From positions 310,393 through 374,392 of the forward strand of contig CAWGPA010000001.1 of NCBI GenBank assembly GCA_963824325.1: a DNA stretch of 64,000 nucleotides, in the 5' to 3' direction. The translations under genes were made by a program, and so were the position numbers. The notes below the pieces were generated by a model. The model made no database searches, was not told the DNA's origin, and saw nothing but the letters and a program-made list of their open reading frames with translations. Of the stretch, positions 43,787 through 53,483 are shown one piece after another (the stretch's first letter is position 1; every line of letters begins with the position of its first letter). Source of the stretch: an uncultured Acidobacteriaceae bacterium (GTDB lineage: Bacteria > Acidobacteriota > Terriglobia > Terriglobales > Acidobacteriaceae).

Positions 43787-44587
43787 TTACGACGACTTTG
43801 CCCGCTGAAACGTTCTGCGAATCTTCATGAGCTCGTAGAAAGCGGTAAAGAAATCGAGAGGTCCTACCTTTGAACCGGCAACATCCTCCCAACGCGGCAA
43901 TGGGCTCTCGTAGATCACTTCGTCGGCGAAGGAAGCGTCCTTTTTATGTAATGCCATAAATCGGGCGATGATCTCGACGTCAAAGATCCAGCGCGATTGA
44001 AAGGGCGTAGCGAGAATCGATTTCAATTCAGGGGTAATGCGGAAGAGTTTTGCGCCACACTGCGTATCGTAAATCGGCAGCCCCAGCATGATCGAAACAG
44101 CAGTAGCGAAGCAGCGCCCGAGGTAATGGCGGATGGCTCGTCTATGAACGAAGTGGCCGAGAAGACGCACCCGGGAACCGAAGATCATTTCGAGCTTAGG
44201 ATTTCCAATCAAGCGGTTCAGCAAATGGGGAATGACAGTCAACGGCGTAGCCAGGTCCGCATCCCAGAACCCGGTGACAGCAACTCCTTCGCGAGCAATG
44301 GCAGCCAGCATACCGCAGCGTACCGCCTCCGCCTTACCGCTGTTCGGTTGCTTATCCAGTACCTCAATACGGTTGGGATGTTTCGCGCGCAATGCCTCGA
44401 GCACGCTCAGGGTTGCGTCACGGCTGCCATCGTTGACAAATAAGAAGTCCACCTGCGGGTCTTCCGCGAGGAACTCGGAAAAGCGGAGGGGCTGCAGGCG
44501 TGCTGCTTCGTTATAACAAGGAACCACCACTACACACCGTGCTGCGGGAGCTATGCCAGCGGCACCGCTCCCGATTTGTGTGTCCAT
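43787..44587 (-). CDS. family-2 glycosyltransferase (polyprenyl-phosphate glycosyltransferase-like)
   Basis: 266 aa with VVVPCYNEAARL and FVNDGSRDATL (GT2 DxD region). Confidence 0.8.
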   Translation of the reverse strand: MDTQIGSGAAGIAPAARCVVVVPCYNEAARLQPLRFSEFLAEDPQVDFLFVNDGSRDATLSVLEALRAKHPNRIEVLDKQPNSGKAEAVRCGMLAAIAREGVAVTGFWDADLATPLTVIPHLLNRLIGNPKLEMIFGSRVRLLGHFVHRRAIRHYLGRCFATAVSIMLGLPIYDTQCGAKLFRITPELKSILATPFQSRWIFDVEIIARFMALHKKDASFADEVIYESPLPRWEDVAGSKVGPLDFFTAFYELMKIRRTFQRAKSS

Positions 44588-44865
44588 CCAGAAACCTCAA
44601 GAAAGCGCGGAGTCTTGTACCTGGCAGCTCGCTCAAATCCTGCCTTCAGTCGCTGAAGTGATCTTATTACGACGGGAACGAACAAGCTGTCGAGTGGGAT
44701 GGCTGTAAAATCTGTTGCCAGGGGTCGATCAAAACATTGAAGTTTACACGTCGAACCTCAATTGAGACGGTCGCGACTCCCCAGCGGATTGGAGACGATC
44801 TGTCCGGAAGCTGCTGGTGAGATCGTGCGCAAATCCGCTTGCCCTAAGTCGCGACAGAGGTCCAA

Positions 44866-46494
44866 GTGACGATGCGTGCGTTCGCGGTTATCATCTTTCT
44901 CGCCCTTCTCTCCAGCTCGGTGCGTGCGCAGTCCGCTGATAACCCACCGGCATTTGAGGCCGCTGATGTCCATGTGAGTCCTCATCGCATGTTTCCCTTC
45001 TCCGAAGGGGGGATCGTTAGCGGCGACCGTTATATGTTTCGGCAGGCGACGATGGTAGATCTGATCGCCGCCGCGTACGGCGTGGACCCCACGAATGTAC
45101 AAGGAGGACCCATCTGGCTGGAGACCGATCGCTTCGATGTAATTGCCAAAATCCCGGCCACAACCACGCCGGCGACGGCCAAGCTCATGCTCCGGACTTT
45201 GTTGAAGGATAGGTTCCAGCTCGTGATGCATAACGGTAGTAAGCCTTTGCCGGCTTTCGTGCTCACGACGGGTAAAGGCAAGCCGAAGATGACGGAAACG
45301 GAGGGCTCTGGCGATGCCGATTGCAAATATGTCGATCAGAAACCCGCTCCCGGTACGGTGCCGTCCATTGTATTTTCCTGTCACCACACGACCATGGAGG
45401 AGTTTGCGCGCAATGTGCACGAGTGGGCTGGGGGTTACTTAACCGACCCCGTGGTGGACTCCACCGGCCTGAAAGGATCCTGGGATTTTGATATCAGATG
45501 GACGCCGAAGATGCTGCTGCAAAAAGCCGGCCCGGACGGTATCTCTATCTTCGACGCTGTCGATAAACAATTAGGATTGAGGCTGGAACGTCAAACGGCT
45601 CCCAGACCTGTGCTCATCGTCGACAGCGTGAGTCAGCAGCCGACACCCAATCTGCCGAACCTGGTAAAAATTCTTCCTCCGCAGCCCCCACCGCAGTTTG
45701 ATGTCGCAACCATCAAACCGGCCAAGCCGGACTCGGAGATGAACGCGGGTATCAACAGCGGTCAACTCAAAGTGGAAGGCATGACGCTCAGATTTCTCAT
45801 CACCTTTGCCTGGGATCTGAACCCCAACGATGAGGAAGTGCTGGTAGGCGCACCCAAATGGCTCGATGTGGATCGCTTCGACATCCTCGCCAAGGTGATC
45901 AACGACGCTCCGGGCAGCGCCGGTGCAAATGCCCCGCGGATTGACATCGAAGACCTTCGCCCGATGTTACAAGCGCTCCTGGCGGACCGCTTCAAGCTGC
46001 AGGCACACATGGAGAACCGACCCATCTCCGCGTATACCCTAGTTGCGGTAAATCCGAAGCTTAGAAAAGCGGATCCCTTGAGCCGGACGCGATGCATTGA
46101 AGGGCCGAGCCCGGATGGAAAGGATCCAAGGACCGTAAACCCGACGCTCAACCGGCTGGTTTCCTGCCAGAACATGACCATGGCGCAGATTGGAGATGAG
46201 TTGCAGAGGATCGCAAATGGATATATCTATACTTCGGTCTTAGATGCCACGAAGATCAAAGGCTCATGGGACTTTACCCTGAGCTTTAGTTCCGCCGATC
46301 TGACTAAGGGTGGCGGAGGGGGTGGTGGTGCAGGCTCTCCGTCGGGTGCATCCGCAACAGCTTCGGACCCAAACGGAGCGCTCACGTTGTTTGACGCCGT
46401 CAGCAAGCAACTGGGACTGAAGTTGGAGAAGCAGAGGCGTCCCGCGCCCGTGCTGGTGATCGATCACATAGACGAAAAACCAACCGAAAATTAG
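44866..46494 (+). CDS. TIGR03435-family soil-associated protein, internally duplicated (two full modules)
   Basis: 542 aa with a signal peptide. Module 1 starts FEAADVHVSP...WLETDRFDVIAK...LKDRFQLVMH...STGLKGSWDFDIRW...LGLRLERQTAPRPVLIVDSV. Module 2 starts FDVATIKPAK...WLDVDRFDILAK...LADRFKLQAH...ATKIKGSWDFTLSF...LGLKLEKQRRPAPVLVIDHI. Confidence 0.85.
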   Translation: MTMRAFAVIIFLALLSSSVRAQSADNPPAFEAADVHVSPHRMFPFSEGGIVSGDRYMFRQATMVDLIAAAYGVDPTNVQGGPIWLETDRFDVIAKIPATTTPATAKLMLRTLLKDRFQLVMHNGSKPLPAFVLTTGKGKPKMTETEGSGDADCKYVDQKPAPGTVPSIVFSCHHTTMEEFARNVHEWAGGYLTDPVVDSTGLKGSWDFDIRWTPKMLLQKAGPDGISIFDAVDKQLGLRLERQTAPRPVLIVDSVSQQPTPNLPNLVKILPPQPPPQFDVATIKPAKPDSEMNAGINSGQLKVEGMTLRFLITFAWDLNPNDEEVLVGAPKWLDVDRFDILAKVINDAPGSAGANAPRIDIEDLRPMLQALLADRFKLQAHMENRPISAYTLVAVNPKLRKADPLSRTRCIEGPSPDGKDPRTVNPTLNRLVSCQNMTMAQIGDELQRIANGYIYTSVLDATKIKGSWDFTLSFSSADLTKGGGGGGGAGSPSGASATASDPNGALTLFDAVSKQLGLKLEKQRRPAPVLVIDHIDEKPTEN

Positions 46495-46806
46495 AATTAT
46501 GTACCCGTCGTTTGCCAGGGCAAGGGCACAGACTGAGCCGGGATTCTATCCCCAGCCGGCGTTCTCACGCAGAGACACTAAGACCGACTCGGGGGACCCC
46601 TACCTTAGGAACACAGGCATTTTCAAGCAAAATCCCGACAAAAAGCACCTCGCAGCGGGGCAGCACACCCACTTTCATGCTCGATTGTTCTTGAGGAGCC
46701 CTTCCAGGGGGTTATTGTAGTCGGATAGGGAAAAACGGGGAGGTTTCCAACTTACCCCGGGTAGCCAGGCGGTCCGCTTAGAACGCTTTGATTTTTTGGA
46801 GTCATC

Positions 46807-48237
46807 ATGTCTACGCAAGCATTGGCAATACAGGCTAAAGAACTCTTTCACTATCTTTTTGAGCAAGCATCGCTGGGAATCGCGGTAGAGGATCTCGATG
46901 GGACGATCCTGCTCGCCAACCCGGCGCTTTGTTCCATGCTGGGCTACGCACAGAACGAACTGTGCGGCATGAATTGTTCGCAATTTGCCCATGGGGAAGA
47001 TTCAAAGGACGATTGGGCTCTCTTTCTACAACTCCGTGCAGGCATCATCGATCGGTACTCGCTGGAAAAACGCTATGTGAGAAAAGACGGCAGTAAGATG
47101 TGGGGACGTCTGAATGTCTCTCTTTTGAATAGTGGCGATGGAGGAGCCCCGCTGGTCTTTGCCTTCCTGGAAAACATCACTGAACGGAGGCAGACAGAAG
47201 ATGCGTTGCGAGACAGCGAGCAGCGGTTCCGTTTGGCGGCTCACGCCGGAAAGATGTTCTCCTATGAGTGGGATGCCGCCACGGACGTGATCATGCGCTC
47301 GGGAGACTATGCCGAGATGCTGTGCACCGATAAGGTGGAGCAACTTACCACTGGTCAACAGATAGCAGCAAAGATTCACGTGGACGACCGGGAAAAAGTT
47401 TTGGCCGCGGATGCTGCCCTTAGCGTTGAAAAGCCCGACCTTCGAGTCAGCCATCGCATGCAAAGTCCGGACGGCGCGATGATTTGGGTAGAGAGAACCG
47501 GTCGCGCGCACTTCAACGAACAAGGCAAAATCCTACGTATTGTAGGCATGGTAACGGATATCACGGAGCGCAAACTGGCGGAGGCGGCGCTTGCGGACGT
47601 GAGCCGCAGGTTAATTGAGGCCCAGGAGCAGGAGCGCAACCGAATCGCAAGAGAGCTTCACGACGATATTGGTCAACGTCTCGCACTGTTGGCCGTCGAG
47701 TTAGACCAACTCCTTCAGGGCACCCCCAATTTGCCTGAAATCCGCCGCCGTGTAGGCGAAATACAGAAGCAGACCAGCGAGATCGCCAGCGATACCCAAA
47801 GCTTGTCCCATGAGCTGCACTCGACAAAACTGGAATATCTGGGCCCAGTTGTTGCCATGCGAAGCCTCTGCCAGGAACTGGAGGATCAAACAAAGGTAGA
47901 GATTGACTTCAAGAGCCGGGACTTGCCCAGCCCCTTGCCACCGGAAATTTCTCTTTGCCTTTTCCGAGTCCTTCAAGAGGCTCTACACAATTCGGTAAAG
48001 CACAGTGGGGCACGGCACATCCAGGTGGGATTGTGGGGAACGCTGGACGAGATTCATCTTGTGGTCAGTGACCCTGGAGTAGGCTTTGACAGCCAAGCCG
48101 CAAAAGCGAGTCGAGGGCTTGGCCTGATTAGCATGGAGGAGCGGCTGAGGCTTCTGCGCGGAACCATTTCCGTCGAATCGGAACCCATGCGAGGGACAAC
48201 CATACGCGCCCGCGTGCCCCTCAGTTCGAGAAGCTGA
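46807..48237 (+). CDS. PAS-PAS sensor histidine kinase (HisKA_3 / NarL-partner type)
   Basis: 476 aa with two PAS-like modules. H-box is EQERNRIARELHDDIGQRLALL. The HATPase region runs LQEALHNSVKHSGA...VSDPGVGFD...GLGLISMEERL. Confidence 0.9.
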   Translation: MSTQALAIQAKELFHYLFEQASLGIAVEDLDGTILLANPALCSMLGYAQNELCGMNCSQFAHGEDSKDDWALFLQLRAGIIDRYSLEKRYVRKDGSKMWGRLNVSLLNSGDGGAPLVFAFLENITERRQTEDALRDSEQRFRLAAHAGKMFSYEWDAATDVIMRSGDYAEMLCTDKVEQLTTGQQIAAKIHVDDREKVLAADAALSVEKPDLRVSHRMQSPDGAMIWVERTGRAHFNEQGKILRIVGMVTDITERKLAEAALADVSRRLIEAQEQERNRIARELHDDIGQRLALLAVELDQLLQGTPNLPEIRRRVGEIQKQTSEIASDTQSLSHELHSTKLEYLGPVVAMRSLCQELEDQTKVEIDFKSRDLPSPLPPEISLCLFRVLQEALHNSVKHSGARHIQVGLWGTLDEIHLVVSDPGVGFDSQAAKASRGLGLISMEERLRLLRGTISVESEPMRGTTIRARVPLSSRS

Positions 48238-48282
48238 TCCATGTGGGCTGGCGGTAAGAGCAGCGAAAATCCGAAACCCCGA

Positions 48283-49323
48283 CTAGTGGTTTACGGAACC
48301 AACGGATGAGTGTTCTGCACAGATTCTCTCGTAGATGTGGCTTTCCTGTTCGCGTTGGAAGCTGTTCAATACATACCCGCACAGAACATCTACGTTGCAG
48401 GTCTTGGCTATCTCGTCTGTGAGTCGTTCGACCTGAACCGCCGCATCCACCTTCCCTTGCGCCCACAACGTAGGGGAAAACTCCCCACAAGCTGCCACTC
48501 GGGAATGTTCCCCGGTCGCCATCTTGGCCACGGAAGAGACTAGATCACCAAAGATCTTGAGGAATCGGACGGGGTCAGGGAGATCATTCACCATGAAGGT
48601 GGAGAGGGCTTCATCAACATCCAAAGAGAGATAGAACCCTTGTTCCATGGCAGCTAGAGCGTCCACGCCGCGTGCCAGCAATCTCTCGAGAATACGCTGC
48701 CGGTGTGCCGCGGTGGCAACCGCGATCACCGGATTTCCGGCCTTTAAAGCAGCTTCTATGAAACCAGTAAGGCCGGATAGAAATGCTGCGTCGTCAGCAT
48801 AGAACTGAACTTCATGGCTGTGAGTGATCTCCGCCTCTCCCGGCATTTGCGACGGGAGAACTTCCTGGGGGAGAAGCCGCGTTTGAGCTTGTGCGCCGGT
48901 AGCGGGGGTCCAGTGATAACCGGTTAGTCCCTTGCTGACAAACTGCCTACCCTGACAAACTGCCTCGACCGAGGCTAACAGCTCGCTCCCGGCATGTGCT
49001 TTTACAACGTAGCCCAATGCTCCTGCGCGGAAAGCTTCTTCTGCCACATAAACGGAATCTTCCTGACTCATGAAGAGTATTTTGCATTTAGGAGAGAGCT
49101 TGCTGATTCGTCGAGCCACTTCAATCCCACTGAGTGTGGGAAGCCCGATGTCGAGAACCATCAAATCCGGTTGCAGCTCCTCGGCTTTGCGAACCGCTTC
49201 TAATCCATCTGAAGCTTCACCGATCACCTGCAAATCCGGCCTTCTACCCAGAGTAGAACGCACGAATTTCCGGAACGGTTCGTAGTCGTCGACAATGAAA
49301 ACCCGGACTATTGGCGTTTCCAA
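48283..49323 (-). CDS. response-regulator receiver fused to a MEDS domain (no HTH)
   Basis: 346 aa. REC region: VFIVDDYEPFR...DLMVLDIGLPTLSG...YVVK. The C-terminal ~190 aa begins HSHEVQFYADDAAFLSGLTGFIEAALKAGNPVIAVA, matching the MEDS pattern. Confidence 0.8.
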   Translation of the reverse strand: METPIVRVFIVDDYEPFRKFVRSTLGRRPDLQVIGEASDGLEAVRKAEELQPDLMVLDIGLPTLSGIEVARRISKLSPKCKILFMSQEDSVYVAEEAFRAGALGYVVKAHAGSELLASVEAVCQGRQFVSKGLTGYHWTPATGAQAQTRLLPQEVLPSQMPGEAEITHSHEVQFYADDAAFLSGLTGFIEAALKAGNPVIAVATAAHRQRILERLLARGVDALAAMEQGFYLSLDVDEALSTFMVNDLPDPVRFLKIFGDLVSSVAKMATGEHSRVAACGEFSPTLWAQGKVDAAVQVERLTDEIAKTCNVDVLCGYVLNSFQREQESHIYERICAEHSSVGSVNH

Positions 49324-49524
49324 GTACCCTCCGCCTCCTCACTGTTCGAAACCCAACTCGCTTTGAGTGTAGTTTGAACTTTATAAGGATTTCATAGCGA
49401 ACTGGTTCGGTCGTTGCGCTGGAGCAAACTCCGATTATAGTGCCGAATCGCGGGGAAGACGCGACCATATCTTCGCCCCAGCCAGGTTCGAGAGCAAGCC
49501 AAACCGCACCGGCCTTCCATGCCC

Positions 49525-51531
49525 TCAGACCACCGGACTCTGCAGTATAAGGGCAAGGGCGTGCAGACGATTGGCGTCCGCTGTGTTCTTGGCAATAGAT
49601 GCCTCGGTCTCGACAGAAGTTGCCATTCCATGCAGCTTGGCCAGGTCTTTCTTGCCCAGATGCGATGCCTGCGCACGCGCGATTGCCTTGTTGAGATCGG
49701 CAATCCGCTTCGCGGGCAGCCCCTGCGAGCGCCCTAGCTGGTCCAGGTAAGCGCGGGCCACGACGAGTTGGGATGGCCATGTAATTTTTTGCTGGTTCTG
49801 CACGTTGAGCTCGCCGAATTGGACGAGGTTGGCCGCATCGATCTCGTTCTGCGTCAGAAATTTGCTGGGCACCAGCTTAAACACGTCGATTCCGCGGGCG
49901 ATCTCCGACCCGTAGATATAGCCGTTGTACCAATACGCAGACCAGTCTCCACCTAAAACAACAGTTTTGGCATCGATGGGTCCGCGATCGAAATAGGCAA
50001 TCTCGTACGGATGCGCGGTGTCGGTGAAGTCCAACACCGAAATACCGCCTTGATACCAAGCCTGGACTTCGATGTCGCGTCCGGGGATTGGTACCAGCGA
50101 TCCGTTATGCGCAACGCAATTTTCCGTTTCTGTTTGAGCGGCGGGCATCTTGTAGTAGCTGGCCAGCGAAAGTTTGTCGTCTTTCAGGTTGAAGATGGCA
50201 TCCGCTCCCCATTTGTTGGGGTCCGTCGCACGACAGCGCGGCTGCAGGCCGCCGCCCCACTCGTCGGTGAAAACCACCTTGGTTCCGTCGTTGGAAAACG
50301 AGGCCGAGTGCCAGTAGGAATAGTTCGGATCATTGACCGCGTCTACACGCTTTGGATGGACCGGATCTTTGATATCCAGCAAGAGGCCGTTTCCGGAGCA
50401 GGCACCAGCCGCGAGGCCGATGGCCGAGTACGCGGTGATGTCATGGCATTGGTTGGTATCCGCCGGCTTCTCCGCTCCCTTGCCATGGCTTCCGCCGTTG
50501 TTCAGCCCGTTTAAGGCGCCGCTGCGCGCATCGATAAATACCCGCGGGCTGGAAACCACCTTAGCTTGTTCCGGCGCGGCCACTGGGACCTTGATCACGT
50601 CGATACGGAATAGCGAGGTGTTGGGGTCTTTATCGGGAGCCTCGTCCGAGCAGCCCGCAAGCTCGGCTGACGGCCGCACAAACGACGTTCCCGAGACATA
50701 GAGGTAGACATTATCTTTGTCGTTGGGATCGAGAACCAGCGTATGCGTGTGTGACCCGCGGCAGGTTTGCACAGCCGCCACTTGCTTCGGGTTCCTGATA
50801 TCCGAAATGTCGAAAATCCTCACCCCGCGAAAGCGGTCCGGGCTAGCAGCCGGCACCCGGTGGTCTTTTTCATGTCCAGGCTCGGGCGGAGGCATCGGGG
50901 GAAACCCCTGTGTCCCGCAGTCCAGCCGGCCATTGGGCATTTCGACCGACATAAACAGCAGGTTCCTATACACAGACACATCGCCCTGGCCACCGGGACA
51001 AACCAGCGAGGTCAGCAACGATATCTTCGCAGGGTTCGAAATATCGTAGAAGTTCACGCCGTAGAAGTTGCCCTGGAAGAGGTGTGTTCCCTGAAATGCA
51101 AAATCAGAGTTCGAAAAAGCAAGCTGCGCGATGACCAACTGCATGGGTTTCGGAAGTCTGGCTTTGTTCACACCAAGAGTATCGAGAGTCTTCTGAACCA
51201 CTGGATCGTCTGGTTGCGTGGCCGGCAACTGAAAGGCGTCGGCTTTCTTCAGGAATGCGATGTGTTCCAGGCCCATCGCCGCCTCGCCCGCGTCGTAAAG
51301 TCCGGGCTTGAGCCCGACGCGGGGATCGTTCATTGTGGAACCTGTCATCCCCGGGGGTAGCGGCGGGGTGGGTTGCGGAGCGAACGGGTCTTCTTCTTCC
51401 GCGGGAGCAGCCGGCTTCGCTGCCGGAGCGGTGGGCGCCTGTGCTTTCAAGCTAACGATTGTGGGGTCAAATAAAGCCAGGGCAAAAGCCGCAGCCACCA
51501 AACGGAAAGCGAGAGCCTGCGTGCGGTTCAT
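49525..51531 (-). CDS. exported LVIVD-repeat beta-propeller protein
   Basis: 668 aa with a signal peptide. It has repeated hydrophobic-strand + DISNP-type motifs (GNFYGVNFYDISNPAKISLLTSL, GVRIFDISDIRNPKQVAAV, LLLDIKDPVHPKRVDAV, GIDVFKL). Its ATG overlaps the upstream stop (ATGA). Confidence 0.7.
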   Translation of the reverse strand: MNRTQALAFRLVAAAFALALFDPTIVSLKAQAPTAPAAKPAAPAEEEDPFAPQPTPPLPPGMTGSTMNDPRVGLKPGLYDAGEAAMGLEHIAFLKKADAFQLPATQPDDPVVQKTLDTLGVNKARLPKPMQLVIAQLAFSNSDFAFQGTHLFQGNFYGVNFYDISNPAKISLLTSLVCPGGQGDVSVYRNLLFMSVEMPNGRLDCGTQGFPPMPPPEPGHEKDHRVPAASPDRFRGVRIFDISDIRNPKQVAAVQTCRGSHTHTLVLDPNDKDNVYLYVSGTSFVRPSAELAGCSDEAPDKDPNTSLFRIDVIKVPVAAPEQAKVVSSPRVFIDARSGALNGLNNGGSHGKGAEKPADTNQCHDITAYSAIGLAAGACSGNGLLLDIKDPVHPKRVDAVNDPNYSYWHSASFSNDGTKVVFTDEWGGGLQPRCRATDPNKWGADAIFNLKDDKLSLASYYKMPAAQTETENCVAHNGSLVPIPGRDIEVQAWYQGGISVLDFTDTAHPYEIAYFDRGPIDAKTVVLGGDWSAYWYNGYIYGSEIARGIDVFKLVPSKFLTQNEIDAANLVQFGELNVQNQQKITWPSQLVVARAYLDQLGRSQGLPAKRIADLNKAIARAQASHLGKKDLAKLHGMATSVETEASIAKNTADANRLHALALILQSPVV

Positions 51532-52290
51532 CGTTTCTCCTTCAACATTTCTTCCATAATGTTTATCTCCGCCCGCTGGGTGTTATCCGCATCCGTGGCA
51601 AAGTCGAACAGGTCAGCGTCCTCACCCGCACCGGGGGTATCGAACAACTGCTTCACCATCACCAACGCTCCCTTGTGGTGCTGTATCATCCCGGTCAAAA
51701 ATTGCCGGTCAAATTCGGCCCCTTTAGCCTGCTGTAACGTCATTCATCTGCTCCGGGGTAAGCATTCCCGGCATAGAGGGCATCGGCTTACCGCTCATAT
51801 CCATGTCTGGCATACCGGGCATGGCCATCGACACAGGCGCGCCACGCGCAACCAGCCAGCGCTTCATGAACTTGATCTCGTCGGTTTGTGAAACGCTGAT
51901 GCGTGCACCGAGAGCGCGCACCTCTTTGTTCTGCGTGCGCGATGGAATCAGCGCGGTCATCTCCACCGCTTGCGAATGATGCATAATCATGCCCTGCATG
52001 AACTCTATGTCGGCCGGCGAGCGTGGTGGCGCCACCGCAGAGGTGGAAGGCGGGAGCTTCTTGCTTGGGGCTCCAGGCGCGCCCGGCTCCACCACCGAGA
52101 CCGAGCCTGAAGCCGCCTGTTGAGCGTAGGCCGCGGTAGCCGCGCCCCCGCAAAGCAGGGCAACGATCGTGTACTCAAAGCAAGTTAGAACCAAGATCAG
52201 AACAGGGATCAGAACCGGGACTCCGAAGATGCGCGATCCCCCGTTACGACGTCCAAGATCAACGCTCCATTTCCTCATTCGGGCGGGCAT
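51528..52290 (-). pseudogene. DUF305 family protein split into two overlapping ORFs by a 1-nt frame change at ~51741-51747
   Basis: ORF 51724..52290 carries half 1 (DIEFMQGMIMHHSQAVEM...) and ends ...MLTPEQMNDVTAG. ORF 51528..51743, one frame over, starts MTLQQAKGAEFDRQFLTGMIQHHKGALVM (half 2). Removing one base gives MLTPEQMNTLQQAKGAEFD. Confidence 0.75.
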
Positions 52291-52354
52291 ATTCGCTGCT
52301 CACACCGTATCACGGCGCCCTGTCTGTGTAATCGGCGTAGGAGACGGCCCGTCA

Positions 52355-53464
52355 TCACGACGCCTTCACCGGCTCGCCCTTCAGGAAGGCCGCGATATGT
52401 TCGTTGAGAAATTTTTCGTCCGCCGGGCTCGCCCCAGCGCCGGCCGGGTGTCCCCACAATGAAGGGATGGGCAGTAAGGTGCAGTGTGGGATAAGGGGCG
52501 CTTCATAGCGAGCATCGGCGACGGGGAAATACAGGTCGGTCGCCGACGGCATGTAGAGGACCTGTGCCTTGATCGATCCCAACGCCTTCCCCACATCTCC
52601 GCCGAAGCCGGGCGTGGCGCCGACGTCGTGTTGTTCCCAGGTGTGCATCTGCAGGATGAGGTTGTTCGCGTCTGCTCCGGGTATGAAGTTCGTCTTGTAA
52701 TGATCGACCACCTGCGCGAAGGTGGTTCCTGCAGGCTCCTCGGACTTCCATAACTCCTCGCGCCACCACTCTTGCGAAAAGAGCCACGCAGTCCATACCA
52801 GCGAAAATGCCTGGATTCCCTTCACCGGTTCCTGCTTGTAGTCCCCGCCCTGGAAGGCCTCGTCCGTGGTCAGCGCTGTGATCTCGCTCTCCAGGCGGAC
52901 GATACCGTGGCCGTAGGTTTTGGCCGTGCCCGAGGTGGCGACGATGCGGTCCATGTAATCGGGGTAAGAGACGGCCCATTGGAAGGCCTGCTGCGCTCCC
53001 ATGGAGAATCCGATGACGGCTGCCAGGTGCCGAACCCCGAGTTCCCCGGTCAAAAGTTGATGCACTGCTTCCACATTGTCCCGGATCGTGGTGACAGGAA
53101 AGCGTGGTCCATGGAACGGCTCCGGCGTGTTGCTGGGCGACGATGAGCGCCCATTGCCAAACAGTTCTGAGGTAATCAGGAACTGATGCGCGGGGTCCAG
53201 GGCCTTTCCTGGCCCAATCAGCCAGTCATATCCGCGCATATCCGCCATGTAGTGCGAAGGCAGAAGGATGGCGTTGTCTCCCGCAGCGTTCAGGTGTCCG
53301 TAGGTGCCGTAGACCACCTTCGCCTCCGGTAGCGTGACCCCGCTCTCGGTATGAAAGTTGTGAATAACGAACGTGTGCTCGACCGGCTCAGATTTCGCTG
53401 GTCTCGTCTGCGCATACGTTGCCAGCGAACAGGATGCTATAAAAATCCAGGCAAAACGCTTCAT
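52355..53464 (-). CDS. exported alpha/beta hydrolase of the homoserine O-acetyltransferase (MetX)-like family
   Basis: 369 aa with signal peptide MKRFAWIFIASCSLATYAQ. GFSMGAQQAFQW is the nucleophile elbow, and the overall MetX-like order of blocks is kept. Confidence 0.75.
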   Translation of the reverse strand: MKRFAWIFIASCSLATYAQTRPAKSEPVEHTFVIHNFHTESGVTLPEAKVVYGTYGHLNAAGDNAILLPSHYMADMRGYDWLIGPGKALDPAHQFLITSELFGNGRSSSPSNTPEPFHGPRFPVTTIRDNVEAVHQLLTGELGVRHLAAVIGFSMGAQQAFQWAVSYPDYMDRIVATSGTAKTYGHGIVRLESEITALTTDEAFQGGDYKQEPVKGIQAFSLVWTAWLFSQEWWREELWKSEEPAGTTFAQVVDHYKTNFIPGADANNLILQMHTWEQHDVGATPGFGGDVGKALGSIKAQVLYMPSATDLYFPVADARYEAPLIPHCTLLPIPSLWGHPAGAGASPADEKFLNEHIAAFLKGEPVKAS

Positions 53465-53483
53465 GCGTGGTCGTCTCCGGGGG

